A stretch of 64,000 nt of DNA from Sedimentisphaerales bacterium (GTDB lineage Bacteria; Planctomycetota; Phycisphaerae; Sedimentisphaerales; SM23-30), in the NCBI GenBank assembly GCA_963663965.2, contig CAXXFK010000030.1:32001-96000 (forward strand). The letters are read 5' to 3'. A program made the position numbers and the translations under genes. The notes beneath the pieces are model-generated. The model was not told the DNA's origin and made no database searches. It saw only the letters and a program-made list of their open reading frames with translations. The stretch's first letter is position 1; each line of letters starts with the position of its first letter. This document shows positions 48,559 to 59,127 of this stretch, in pieces.

Positions 48559-49794
48559 ATGGCTGAAACGAATATAGATTCTATTCTAGGCAAACTCGTG
48601 GTTGAGAACAACCTCTGCACGCCTGAAGAAGTCAAAAGATGCATCGAAACGATAAAGAAGACTTCAGGCGAAAATCCCAAGAGTTTGCAGGAATCTTTGC
48701 TCGATAACGGGTTTTTGACCCGGACCCAGCTGGCCCGGATCCGCCGGAGTATAGAGGAGTCGAGGCCGGCCCAGCGGATACCCGGATTTCAGATACTGGA
48801 GAAGCTGGGCGCCGGGGCGATGGCGACCGTGTTTAAAGCGCGTCAGATTTCACTGGATCGGCTGGTGGCGATCAAGGTATTGCCCAAGCGCCTCAGTGAG
48901 AATCCTGAATATGTCGAACGGTTTTACAAAGAAGGCAAAGCGGCGGCCAAGCTTAATCATCGAAATATCGTGCAGGCGATCGATGTCGGCGAGGCCGGGG
49001 GATATCACTATTTTGTGATGGAGTATGTCAAGGGCAAGACAGTCTATGATGATCTGGCGGCAGGTAAGGTTTACAGCGAGAAAGAGGCGCTCGATATCGT
49101 TTGTCAGATCGCTGACGCGTTGGAACACGCTCATAGCTGTGGTCTGATCCACCGTGATGTCAAGCCTAAAAATGTGATGCTAACCGAGGATGGAGTGGCT
49201 AAGCTGGCTGATATGGGTCTGGCGCGTGAGGCGGCGGATGAGGAGGCCGCGCAGATGGAGGCTGGTCGGGCTTATGGTACGCCCTATTATATCGCGCCTG
49301 AGCAGATCCGTGGTGAAATCGACATTGATTTCCGGGCGGACATCTATTCACTGGGCGCCATGTTTTATCATATGGTTACCGGTAAGGTTCCATTTGAAGC
49401 GCCTACGCCTTCGGCGGTTATGCACAAGCACCTCAAGGAACAACTGGTGCCTCCGGACCATCTTAACAAATCACTGAGTGTCGGAGTGGCTGAGGTTATC
49501 GAGGTGATGATGGCCAAAGATCGTAATACGCGATACAGCAGTGTGAAACTGTTAAAAGAAGATCTGGAAAGCATCCGACAAGGCGAGCCGCCACTGCATG
49601 CCCATAAAAGTATCGATCCGATGGTACTGGAGAATCTGGAAAAAGGCAGCAGTCAGGCCGATATTGAGTTGGAAGATGTGCTGGCGGAACGCGATAAGAA
49701 TATCGGCTTGAAGATGGCTGTGATCGTTTTAGCGGGTATGCTGGCAATCTCGGTGTTGACGATTATTGTTCTGGTTATGTCAAAAAATGGTTAA
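48559..49794 (+). CDS. Hanks-type Ser/Thr protein kinase with a C-terminal TM
   Basis: LGAGAMATV, VAIK, HRDVKPKN, DMGLA, GTPYYIAPE and DIYSLG. Confidence 0.95.
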   Translation: MAETNIDSILGKLVVENNLCTPEEVKRCIETIKKTSGENPKSLQESLLDNGFLTRTQLARIRRSIEESRPAQRIPGFQILEKLGAGAMATVFKARQISLDRLVAIKVLPKRLSENPEYVERFYKEGKAAAKLNHRNIVQAIDVGEAGGYHYFVMEYVKGKTVYDDLAAGKVYSEKEALDIVCQIADALEHAHSCGLIHRDVKPKNVMLTEDGVAKLADMGLAREAADEEAAQMEAGRAYGTPYYIAPEQIRGEIDIDFRADIYSLGAMFYHMVTGKVPFEAPTPSAVMHKHLKEQLVPPDHLNKSLSVGVAEVIEVMMAKDRNTRYSSVKLLKEDLESIRQGEPPLHAHKSIDPMVLENLEKGSSQADIELEDVLAERDKNIGLKMAVIVLAGMLAISVLTIIVLVMSKNG

Positions 49795-49939
49795 AGGCTC
49801 GTGATTTTCCGGGTTACCAACATCTCCTGAAGCTCATTTCCCTGTTCGGCCGATAGATAAGATATGAATTTGGAATTTCTCTCAGGCCTTTGAGTAATAT
49901 ATACCCCTTAAGCCGGTTTTGCTGGTTTGAGTTTGTTTT

Positions 49940-50965
49940 ATGTCCGCTTTGCTGAAAATCAAACAACGGAAGCCGATCAGTAAGCTCACAATCATTTTGT
50001 GTCTGCTTTTTCTGGTTATTGGCGTGGGGATTGTGGGTTTCAGCCTGGCGGGGCATCGGTCGTTACTGGATTCCTTTTATCTGACCCTGGTAACCATCAG
50101 TACGTTGGGGATGCTCAGTGGCGAGTATCATTTTAATGACGGCGAGAAGTTGGTGGTGATGTTTATGATCGTGGTGGGTATCGCCGTGGCGACGACGGCG
50201 CTGAGTACACTGGTGGCTGTAGTGGTTGAAGGCCAGGTTCGCGGTATTTTCGGGAGACGCAAAGTGGATAAGATTATTGCCTCACTGAATCGTCATATTG
50301 TTGTATGCGGCTATGGCCGGACCGGCGCTTCGGTTTGTGAAACCCTTCAACGGCGCGATGTGCCGATTGTAGTGGTCGAGCGTGATGAGCAGGCCTGTGC
50401 CCGCGCTGAGGAAGATGGTTTGTTGTATATCCGTGGCGACGCCAGCGAAGAGTCAGTCTTGATCGACGCCGGTATCAAGAACGCACGCGGATTGATCAGC
50501 GTGCTGGATTCGGACGCGGCCAATGTATTTGTAACATTGATCGCGCGGGATTTGAATCCGAAAATTGTGATTGCGGCGCGTAGTGAAAAGCCGGAAAGCC
50601 AATCGCGCTTAAAACGGGCCGGCGCCAACGAGGTGGTTTGTTCTCAGATTATTGGCGCGACCCGGCTGGCGAATATCCTGACCCGGCCGGGAGTGGTTAA
50701 TTTTCTGGACTTTGCCGCCCAGGGGGTGGATCTGGAGGCGGAACAATATCGTATCGGCGAAGGCAATAAACTGATTGGACAATCGCTGCGCCAGGCCAAT
50801 CTGCCGCGTCAGGTGGGGGTTTTGATCATTGCCCTGAAACGGCACGATGGCATCACACTATTTAATCCGGATCCGGATACGGTGATTCAGCTAAACGATC
50901 AACTGCTGGTCACTGGCAAGGTGGGTTCGCTGGCCCGTCTGGAACATGGGTTCGCGCCGGAATGA
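49940..50965 (+). CDS. Potassium-channel-family protein (2 TM pore plus TrkA-N/TrkA-C)
   Basis: TM, pore helix TIST.G, TM; VCGYGRTG, GDA....L..AGI..A and NP.PD. Confidence 0.88.
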   Translation: MSALLKIKQRKPISKLTIILCLLFLVIGVGIVGFSLAGHRSLLDSFYLTLVTISTLGMLSGEYHFNDGEKLVVMFMIVVGIAVATTALSTLVAVVVEGQVRGIFGRRKVDKIIASLNRHIVVCGYGRTGASVCETLQRRDVPIVVVERDEQACARAEEDGLLYIRGDASEESVLIDAGIKNARGLISVLDSDAANVFVTLIARDLNPKIVIAARSEKPESQSRLKRAGANEVVCSQIIGATRLANILTRPGVVNFLDFAAQGVDLEAEQYRIGEGNKLIGQSLRQANLPRQVGVLIIALKRHDGITLFNPDPDTVIQLNDQLLVTGKVGSLARLEHGFAPE

Positions 50966-51153
50966 GAAAGGAACTTTGGGAAATATTTTTTAGAGGATAT
51001 TTCCGGAAATAATGGCAGAACGGATTATGGCGCCTGCTTTACTCTTCTGTTACATGTGACTGGGATAACATTATGATGATATAGCTATGGTCGCCAAAGT
51101 CGAGTTCGAGATAATCAAGTTTCTTATCAGGGTCGATAATTTTTCATTTTTTT

Positions 51154-51181
51154 GAACTTTTTCCAGGGGGCTGTACGCCTA
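51154..51181 (+). promoter_or_regulatory. Candidate autoregulatory ECF promoter
   Basis: GAACTT-N16-CGCCTA, 50 bp upstream of the ECF sigma gene. Confidence 0.5.
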
Positions 51182-51231
51182 TATAGTAGTGCAAGAACTT
51201 ATGGCGTAAATAAAGATTCAGGATTATTCGT

Positions 51232-51813
51232 ATGACTGACAAGTCCAGGCAACTAACTACCCATCATCGCAAGGCGTTGCGGCGGCTGTGGTTTCAGACC
51301 CTGGTTATACGCTTTCAAGCCGGGGATGACAGGGCACTGGGCGAGATCGTCGCAGAAATGCACCCGCCTTTACAGCAATTTCTGATTCACTCGTTTCGTC
51401 TGCCAAAGGATCAAACCGAGGACCTGCTTCAGGATGTCTGGCTTGAAGTGTGCCGTACACTGGGCCGGCTGCGCGAACCTGCGGCCTTGCGAACCTGGCT
51501 TTATCGTATCGCTCGCAGTCATGCTCTTTCTTTTGTTCGCACACAAACCCGCGGTCTCATTTCACTCGATATGGATACCGCCAGTCAGATTCCCGCGTTG
51601 CCTGACGTTCGATCTGGACCTGCAGGATTGCTCGAACTGATCGCGCCGCTGACGTTCCCGTTGCGCCAGGTTCTGGTTCTGCGTTTTTATGCCGGATTCT
51701 CCTATGACGAGATTGCCCGGACGCTGGATTGTCCCGTGGGGACGGTCCGTTCACGAATACATCACGCGAAAAATCAGTTACGAACACTTTTATCAAAGGA
51801 AAACCAATCATGA
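51232..51813 (+). CDS. ECF RNA polymerase sigma factor
   Basis: EDLLQDVW, TWLYRIA, and SYDEIA..L.CPVGTVRSR. Confidence 0.93.
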   Translation: MTDKSRQLTTHHRKALRRLWFQTLVIRFQAGDDRALGEIVAEMHPPLQQFLIHSFRLPKDQTEDLLQDVWLEVCRTLGRLREPAALRTWLYRIARSHALSFVRTQTRGLISLDMDTASQIPALPDVRSGPAGLLELIAPLTFPLRQVLVLRFYAGFSYDEIARTLDCPVGTVRSRIHHAKNQLRTLLSKENQS

Positions 51814-52244
51814 CTACTCAAAAAACCATTCAAAGTGAATTAATGGATACGAATGAAGTGACCCAGATGGTTTTAAATCGTTCGCGTCGCCGGTTACGCC
51901 TGTGGGCGGGCACTGCGATTTTGTTGTGGATTCTGATCGCCATATTAATGGTTAGCGCCACTTACTTTTACTTTATCTGGATATTTCCTATTCAGAACGA
52001 AGTGGTTTATCAGATGATCAATGGCGCCCAACCGGCCTCTGCGATGGCTGATCGTTATCGGGAAATGATGCCGATTACTGCCAATTTATTTTCCTGGAGC
52101 GCTTTGATGGGAGCTGTCTTTCTGATTGCAGCTGCCATTGTGACCCTTCTTTACATCCGCGCCAGCAATCGGGCGAACCTGACTCTTATACGAAGTGAAC
52201 TGGCGGCAATTTCTGAGCAACTTCGACAGTTGACCTGTTCCTGA
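51810..52244 (+). CDS. 2-TM membrane protein, candidate anti-sigma/ECF partner
   Basis: ATGA overlap with the sigma gene; two hydrophobic helices. Confidence 0.7.
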   Translation: MTTQKTIQSELMDTNEVTQMVLNRSRRRLRLWAGTAILLWILIAILMVSATYFYFIWIFPIQNEVVYQMINGAQPASAMADRYREMMPITANLFSWSALMGAVFLIAAAIVTLLYIRASNRANLTLIRSELAAISEQLRQLTCS

Positions 52245-52295
52245 ACAACATTTATGGAAAAGTATCCGGGCATCCAGAAGCCTAGAGAGCTGATA

Positions 52296-53558
52296 TCAGA
52301 TAATTTTGTCGAGCAGGTGGTTCCAGAAGAGGGTGGATTTTTGTTTGCTTTCCACGGAAACTCTCTGGCGGCGGCTGGATGGGGTATTATGCCTGGGCAA
52401 AATACGATAGGGGCCGGTGCAGGCCCAGTGTGTTAAATCGGGCGGGAATTTGAGGATGCATAGTAAGGCCAGGAAAAAGCATATCGGGACCACACACAAT
52501 GTGTTAATAAGAAAGAGTTTGTCAGGCAATAAAGTTGAATATTTTATAATCAGCTGGGCTGCTTTGAATGGGATCAATGTCAGTAGGATGGCCAGAATGG
52601 GAGCAACGAAAATGATGTCATAAGATGGGATGATCCATTGACCTGACCGTAATCGCCCCCAGAATGAAATGGGTGACAATCCGCAGCTAAAGATATACTT
52701 GAATCTGGAAATAATACTGACGTAAAGAATAATATTAACATTAGTGAATATGATAAAAAATGATGATATTGAAAATATTTCTTCCGTGCTTGTGAACAGC
52801 TTAATAATAGCCGGCACTTCAATCCACCAGGTAATAATGCCGCAGATAAGCAACGCTTTTTTCATACTGATGGTGCGAATCGTATCAGCGGGAGACAGAA
52901 TGCCAATTTCTGAATTAGTTAAGGTAGCCAGAAATAATTTGTTTTTTTGCGAGACAGGCACGTCTTTTTCAAAGCTGGTGTTCCAGGGATAATTCTTGAG
53001 CCAATCGTTTATCAAGGAGGCGCAGAGAATATAGAGTATGAGAACGGCAAAAGTAGTCAGCCAGGGAATACGATAAGACCAGATGCAGACCGGCATGATC
53101 AAGAAAATGAAAATGGACCGGATCGGGTAGTCTTTCCAGCGCAGCAGTATAAAATGAGTTACACTGTAGCTGAACAGAATCAGATTGAGAATAAAAGTTG
53201 GAGCAAAAACCGGGATGGAGACTGTCAGATAACGGGTTCCAGAAAAATAATACAACGCCGTGAAGGCGCTGATCATGAAGAGGTCGATACTGTTGAGATG
53301 GATGGGGCCCAGTAATAAGCGATTGTTGCTGGGGTATGGGCTTAAGGCTGTGAGTTGATGATAGGACGGTCTGAAAAGGGGGTGATAATATAATACGCGC
53401 CAAACCGCATAAGTCGGTGCAACGATCGAAGTCAGGACCACGCAGGGATTGTGAATTTCGCTATTATTATTTTCCAGATGGCCGATCAGGTAGAATAATC
53501 CGATAGTAGTGAGATTACCTAAAAGAAAGGGCAGGGTAAAACGCCATTGTTTTTTCAT
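52296..53558 (-). CDS. Multi-pass membrane protein, probable ABC permease
   Basis: About 10 hydrophobic segments; ATGA overlap with the ABC ATPase gene. Confidence 0.7.
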   Translation of the reverse strand: MKKQWRFTLPFLLGNLTTIGLFYLIGHLENNNSEIHNPCVVLTSIVAPTYAVWRVLYYHPLFRPSYHQLTALSPYPSNNRLLLGPIHLNSIDLFMISAFTALYYFSGTRYLTVSIPVFAPTFILNLILFSYSVTHFILLRWKDYPIRSIFIFLIMPVCIWSYRIPWLTTFAVLILYILCASLINDWLKNYPWNTSFEKDVPVSQKNKLFLATLTNSEIGILSPADTIRTISMKKALLICGIITWWIEVPAIIKLFTSTEEIFSISSFFIIFTNVNIILYVSIISRFKYIFSCGLSPISFWGRLRSGQWIIPSYDIIFVAPILAILLTLIPFKAAQLIIKYSTLLPDKLFLINTLCVVPICFFLALLCILKFPPDLTHWACTGPYRILPRHNTPSSRRQRVSVESKQKSTLFWNHLLDKII

Positions 53559-54334
53559 GACAGGCGCTCCTTGAGGTAAGTTTCTACTTTGTCAAGCGCC
53601 TGGGGATTGCCAATTTTTTCCAGAATTTCCGCCAGCGAGCCATTGCACTGGCTTTGCTCGCGCAATTCCTGAAGAGTGCCACAGGTCAGCATCTTGCCGG
53701 ACTGGATGACGGCAATGCGGCCGGACAGTTCTTCAACGAGTTCGGGGACGGGCACGGCGATGACAACGGTGCTTTCTTTACGCTCGGCCAGGCGCCGCAG
53801 GATGCGAGTGACGGCAACCAGCGCCGATGAGTCCAGACCGCCGGAAAGGGGTTCATCCAGGACCATGACCGGGGTTTCGGTGATGAAGGCGGCGCAAAGA
53901 CCGATTTTTTTGCGTTGACCGGTTGAATAGGAATGAATGAGCGAATCGCCCTGATCTTTCAAATCGAAAATGTCCAGCAGGGATTCCATGTGCGGTATCA
54001 TTGCCATATCATCCCGTCCCCACAGGCGGCCGATCCCGAGGATATATTCACGCCCGGTCAACCCCAGGGGTAAATATGGATCGGCCGGCAGGTAAAATAC
54101 GATTTTTCGAATTTCTTTTTCGGCGGCAATAGCGCTGCGGCGGACTTTGGCATCGATAATAATCTGGCCGCGGGTGGGTTTCATCATGCCGCCAATCAAG
54201 GCCAGTAGGGTGCTCTTACCCATTCCGTTAGGACCCATGACGGTGACTAACTCACCCGCTTTGATATGCAGATTGATTCCTTTTAAGACCGGTTTGACGC
54301 TATAGGTATGCCAGACATTGTCCACTTTAATCAT
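53555..54334 (-). CDS. ABC transporter ATP-binding protein
   Basis: GPNGMGKST, YSTGQ and VLDEP; no His at the H-loop. Confidence 0.92.
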   Translation of the reverse strand: MIKVDNVWHTYSVKPVLKGINLHIKAGELVTVMGPNGMGKSTLLALIGGMMKPTRGQIIIDAKVRRSAIAAEKEIRKIVFYLPADPYLPLGLTGREYILGIGRLWGRDDMAMIPHMESLLDIFDLKDQGDSLIHSYSTGQRKKIGLCAAFITETPVMVLDEPLSGGLDSSALVAVTRILRRLAERKESTVVIAVPVPELVEELSGRIAVIQSGKMLTCGTLQELREQSQCNGSLAEILEKIGNPQALDKVETYLKERLS

Positions 54335-54430
54335 AAACAGGCCTCTTATATTGTTTTTGGTCGGTTACTATATAGACGCAAGAACAACCCAAGTATTTCA
54401 TGGAAGTGTAATCTGTTGTATCAGATAGAG

Positions 54431-56374
54431 TTAGCGACGACTCTTTTTTTGGGGGGGGCTTTTCTTTGTTTTTTTATGAGGGGTTGGGTTGGGGGAGGTG
54501 TGTTGACTGGCCCGAATCTGGTTCAGCAGTTTTTGTTTTTCGGCCGGATTCATTGGATAATCACGGAGAAATTCACTGATCAGCTTCCAGGATTGGGGTT
54601 CATAGTAACGCAACAGGGCCATCTGGAGCCGTTTTTCTTTGCGGCCGGAGGGAATATGAATCGGCCGGCCGTCGGGCGCCCGGCCAGAGGCGTACATGGC
54701 GCATGACAAGGTAAGGGGTATGGGGGTAAAATCCTGAACCTGGCGAACACGCCAGTTGCGTTTGATCAGGTAACGGCATAATTCCATGGCGTGTTCCACG
54801 GTGCTGCCGGGATGGCCGCTGATGAGGTAGGGAACCAGATACTGTTCTTTATTGGCCCGGCGTGATGCTTCGGCAAAGAGGTGTTCAAATCGTTCGAATT
54901 GTTCAAAAGATGGCTTGCCCATAAGCGCCAGGATATCCGGACAGATATGCTCGGGCGCGACTTTGAGGTGGCCTCCGACATAATCCCGGCAGAGCAATTC
55001 AATATAGTTGGTTTGTCTGGGATTTTGCGTAGCCATGGCCAGGTCGTAACGGACTCCTGACGCCACAAAAATGCGAACGGGGGGTTTCTGGTTTCTGGCC
55101 CATTGTCCCAGGGTTCGCATCAGGTCCATTAAGGCGTGGGTGTCTTTATCCAGATTGGCGCAGACGCCTTTGCTTAAGCAGCTTGGTTTATTACAGGTGC
55201 GTTCACAACTGCAGTTCATACCGTACATATTGGCCGTTGGTCCCCCAACATCAGAGATAGTGCCGCGAAAATCGGGATGTTTCAAATAGCTATGGGCTTC
55301 GTTGAGGATGGATGTTTGTGAACGGCGACTGATAACCTTGCCTTGATGGTAGTAGAGTGAGCAGAACGAACAGCCGCCAAAGCAGCCGCGATGGGTGGTT
55401 ATGGAAAATTGCACGGTCTCCAGTGCAGGTATTCCTCCAACTGCGGCGTAACGTGGATGGGCACATCGGGTAAAAGGCAGATCGTAGAGTGTATCCATTT
55501 CTTCCAGGGTCAAAGGCCGAGCCGGGGGTAAAACTGCAATTGAAATCGGGCACTGGTCCTGGATAACCGGTTTGCCGTTATGGTCAGCCTGGGGATGGTA
55601 GGCCTGATGGGCAGACATAATCTGTCCGGGATCCTGCTGTTGAGTTTCCAATGAAGGCAGGGTAACGGATGGTTCGGGAGCTATTCTTCCTTTGGTGACT
55701 GGCCAGGCGGTACCGGGAATGTCGGTCAGGGTTTCAATGGATTCGCCGGCCTGAAGGCGACGGGCGATTTCGGTCAGGGCCAATTCTCCCATACCGTGTA
55801 CCAGTAGGTCCGCTTTGGCATCGATAAGCACCGAGCGTTTGAGTTTGTCTTCGATATAATCGTAGTGAACCAGCCGGCGTAATGAGGCTTCCAGGCCGCC
55901 CAGAATAATCGGGACCTCTTTGAATGCTTCGCGGGCTCGTGCGGCATAGGTCAGCAACGGCTTATCGGGTCGTAATCCGGCCTGTCCGCCGGGACTGTAG
56001 CTGTCCTCTTTTCGTTTGTTGCCGAAAGAACTATACTGATTAAGCCGGGTATCGACACAACCGGATGTGATACCCCAGAACAGGCGGGGCGGACCGAACT
56101 GACGAAAATCGTCAGCGCTTTTCCAATCGGGCTGGGCCAGGATCGCCACGCGATAGCCCTGATGTTCCAGCCAGCGTCCGATGAGGGCCACTCCAAATGA
56201 GGGATGATCGACGTAAGCGTCCGCGGTAACCAGAATCGCATCGACATAGTCCCAGCCCCGCAGTTGCATTTCTTGGGCGCCGGCCGGCAGGAGTTGCCTT
56301 ATGTCTGGATAGTTGTTTGATGATCGACTGGGCGTACGACTCTTGCCAGGTTTGTTGTTTAATGCTTTAGTCAT
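54431..56374 (-). CDS. ygiQ: YgiQ/UPF0313 family radical SAM protein
   Basis: DAYVDHPSFG, GGLEASLRR, HRGCFGGCSFC, DVGGPTANMY, LKVAPEH and QVQDF. The start is probably MTKAL (track start 56482 overlaps the neighbour). Confidence 0.93.
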   Translation of the reverse strand: MTKALNNKPGKSRTPSRSSNNYPDIRQLLPAGAQEMQLRGWDYVDAILVTADAYVDHPSFGVALIGRWLEHQGYRVAILAQPDWKSADDFRQFGPPRLFWGITSGCVDTRLNQYSSFGNKRKEDSYSPGGQAGLRPDKPLLTYAARAREAFKEVPIILGGLEASLRRLVHYDYIEDKLKRSVLIDAKADLLVHGMGELALTEIARRLQAGESIETLTDIPGTAWPVTKGRIAPEPSVTLPSLETQQQDPGQIMSAHQAYHPQADHNGKPVIQDQCPISIAVLPPARPLTLEEMDTLYDLPFTRCAHPRYAAVGGIPALETVQFSITTHRGCFGGCSFCSLYYHQGKVISRRSQTSILNEAHSYLKHPDFRGTISDVGGPTANMYGMNCSCERTCNKPSCLSKGVCANLDKDTHALMDLMRTLGQWARNQKPPVRIFVASGVRYDLAMATQNPRQTNYIELLCRDYVGGHLKVAPEHICPDILALMGKPSFEQFERFEHLFAEASRRANKEQYLVPYLISGHPGSTVEHAMELCRYLIKRNWRVRQVQDFTPIPLTLSCAMYASGRAPDGRPIHIPSGRKEKRLQMALLRYYEPQSWKLISEFLRDYPMNPAEKQKLLNQIRASQHTSPNPTPHKKTKKSPPQKKSRR

Positions 56375-56400
56375 ATTTTGCCGAATCGCATATCGGGGTG

Positions 56401-59127
56401 TTATTTTATAGGGACCTGATAATTGACCCGGCGAGTTCCTTCGGGATCGTATAATCCTACCCGGATAAACATGCCATACCATTTCAGCACATCGGGAATC
56501 AGGTACATTTTGGTTGTTGTCTGACCGGGCGGCAATTCAGTAATGGGCAGTTCCTGATGTTCAAGATTGGGCAGATCCATGAAGCTGCGCAGGGATATTG
56601 ACTGGTCCGATTCGTTGGTAATAATCTGTTGAATACGCATGCTGCTATCACCCAGCCGCTGGGCAAAGGTGCTGACGTCGATCCCGTTTAATTGTATCTC
56701 GAACGGCAGGTGCAAGTCGATCGCATAATTTCTGTCCGCGTTGATCACCATGTGCGTTCGCAGGCTTTTCCAGCCGCCCAATTCGGACGAGGGGAATTTC
56801 ACACTGATTGTTCGGCGAAATTCCTGATCATTACGCAGAACAAAATTGATGGTCTGGGGGGATATTTCCCAGCCACGTCTGCCATTACTCATTTCGGAGG
56901 TAATAAAACGAATCGAACCGGCAATCGTGTCTGGCCAGGGATTTTTAAAGACCAGTTCCATTTCCTGTCGTGAAATATCGGCTTCGACATAATCGGGTTC
57001 GAGATGGGTACTGGCCCGCAATTTGGCCAGGGGGATATTAATATCCCGCAGGATGACCGGCCATTGATTCAGAGTCAGCTTCGATCGGCCTCCGCCGTTG
57101 ATGATGGATTGAGGGTTGCCAAATATGTCTATCATGGTTGGTTCTTCACCCAGATACATATCCAGTTCAGCAGGAACATTGTCACCGTAGGGATCATAGT
57201 TATTGTTCCATACGACAAGATAGCCGATACCATGATTATCGAAAATCATTGCGTGGACCTGATGAGCCAGTTCCAATTCGTTGCAATATTTACTGCCACC
57301 CAGCAGGTCGGCGATGGTACGGAAAACCAGGAACGCTTCGGTCGGTTCCATTTGAGTGCGGGCGCTGTCGGTGCGCAGTTGCCAGGGATGACGAATAAAA
57401 ACAGAATCCGCAGCGCTGCGCTGTGAGAAAACCAGCCGCTTGGCCAGATCGATCAGGGAGTAATCCCGTTCCCGTTCGAGATTATCATACCAGTCAACGG
57501 TCAGCCAGATGGATTTGAATCCCTGATTGATGAAGTCGTCGACATAGGAAGGGATCTGATCCGGCGGTATAGAGCGGGGGAGAAAGATGGAGAGTTCTTC
57601 AGATTTCATCTGGTCGGTCTGCACCAATTGGGTGGCGGAGACCGGGGCGATCAGGATGGTATCGCCCACTAGTTTTTTGAATTCCGGCCGAATGGTTTCG
57701 ATAGTTCGTCCAATCCGGCTGTCGAGACGATAGCGGTTATAATCGTTGCTGATCTGCCAGTAAACGATCTGGCGGGCATACTGGGCTAGTAACAGCGATA
57801 AATCACTTTGCCATAACTGGGCATCCTGTTGAAACAGATCGAGGATGGTTCCGTCCGGCGTAATCATTTTATTTGCCATTTCGTCGAGAACTTCGTCGAA
57901 AACAGCGATAATTTTGATCCGTTCGCGCAGGAGTTGGAGTAATTTGCTGTCAAAATCGGGCTCCATGGCGATTGCGCCGCTGGAAAGCCCTTTTCGTCGC
58001 CAGACCGGAAGTTTGACCAGGCGGGCACGCAATGCCCGAATCATGTCAATATTGGTGTCAAGCGGGCCGGACTGGGGATCCAGAGCCAGCACGCCGAATC
58101 CCTGGCCACTCTGGTCGGCATCACCGTAGAGGGGCGCCAGTACGCCAAAGGTTATGCGGCGGCTGGCGATTTGTTCTTCATTGGAATAAATATGCAGATA
58201 TGCAGAATAAATTCCGGCCGGCAGACTGGGGAATTCAAATGGTCGGATTTTGATTTCGCCTTCCAGTCCGGTCAGGACCCAGCGTTCGTTGTGTAAAATG
58301 CGATGCCAGCTGTCCTGTAATTCCAATCGTGCCTGATAATCGAGAGTGCCCACACCCTGAACTTCGACATCAATGCGGGGCGTCTGATCCCAGGCAAACA
58401 GATTATTATCATGAGATGATTTGAGCACCACGCGGGGGAGTTGATAGATGGATATGTCGTCGAACCAGGCTTCGGCCCAGACATTTTTTTGATAGATATG
58501 CGAGATTCCGCCACTTTGCGCCCATTGCTCTTCCTGCATGAACCAGATGCTGACCGAAATATAGCGCGCTTCATTAAAGTTTCCGGGGACATAGACTTCC
58601 ATTTGCGCCCAACCATTATCGTCGACGTCGACAGGACCAACCAGTTTAGATTTCCGTTCACTTTCGGGGATCGGTTGTCCCATACGATCAGTCAGGATAC
58701 AACGGAGTTGCGCCCGGCAGCGGTCGGCTTTGTTGAAAAAGACATAACCAGTGACCTGAGAGTCGCCACCGGGTTTAACCAGGATTCTACGATGGTCAAA
58801 TTCATAGGCGACACTGCCGCCGTTGGGGGCCATTTTGAAGCTGTATTGTCCACTGCGGGCGTGGGCGTTATCCAGCATGCCTTCGGAATAATGGGGGTAT
58901 CCATCGCCGGCGTCCAGTTTATTCCAGTACATGGGCAATTCCTGGAAGTTAACGGTGCGTTCTTCGAAATCGAAGGTTTGGGTGACCTGCTGGCCGGAGA
59001 GTTGTTCATGAATTGGCCGATTGGGGGGGATGGGATTGTTCTGCGCGTAAGCGGAGGTGTTCCATGCTGCCAGACAGATGGTCGTAACTATTTGTATTAT
59101 AATGAGATATCGCTGTTTGCGGGTCAT
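56401..59127 (-). CDS. Large secreted hypothetical protein
   Basis: 908 aa with a signal peptide; N-terminal CBM-like sandwich (FDFEE...WFDDI) and a possible degenerate GH-A barrel (YWQISND). Confidence 0.75.
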   Translation of the reverse strand: MTRKQRYLIIIQIVTTICLAAWNTSAYAQNNPIPPNRPIHEQLSGQQVTQTFDFEERTVNFQELPMYWNKLDAGDGYPHYSEGMLDNAHARSGQYSFKMAPNGGSVAYEFDHRRILVKPGGDSQVTGYVFFNKADRCRAQLRCILTDRMGQPIPESERKSKLVGPVDVDDNGWAQMEVYVPGNFNEARYISVSIWFMQEEQWAQSGGISHIYQKNVWAEAWFDDISIYQLPRVVLKSSHDNNLFAWDQTPRIDVEVQGVGTLDYQARLELQDSWHRILHNERWVLTGLEGEIKIRPFEFPSLPAGIYSAYLHIYSNEEQIASRRITFGVLAPLYGDADQSGQGFGVLALDPQSGPLDTNIDMIRALRARLVKLPVWRRKGLSSGAIAMEPDFDSKLLQLLRERIKIIAVFDEVLDEMANKMITPDGTILDLFQQDAQLWQSDLSLLLAQYARQIVYWQISNDYNRYRLDSRIGRTIETIRPEFKKLVGDTILIAPVSATQLVQTDQMKSEELSIFLPRSIPPDQIPSYVDDFINQGFKSIWLTVDWYDNLERERDYSLIDLAKRLVFSQRSAADSVFIRHPWQLRTDSARTQMEPTEAFLVFRTIADLLGGSKYCNELELAHQVHAMIFDNHGIGYLVVWNNNYDPYGDNVPAELDMYLGEEPTMIDIFGNPQSIINGGGRSKLTLNQWPVILRDINIPLAKLRASTHLEPDYVEADISRQEMELVFKNPWPDTIAGSIRFITSEMSNGRRGWEISPQTINFVLRNDQEFRRTISVKFPSSELGGWKSLRTHMVINADRNYAIDLHLPFEIQLNGIDVSTFAQRLGDSSMRIQQIITNESDQSISLRSFMDLPNLEHQELPITELPPGQTTTKMYLIPDVLKWYGMFIRVGLYDPEGTRRVNYQVPIK

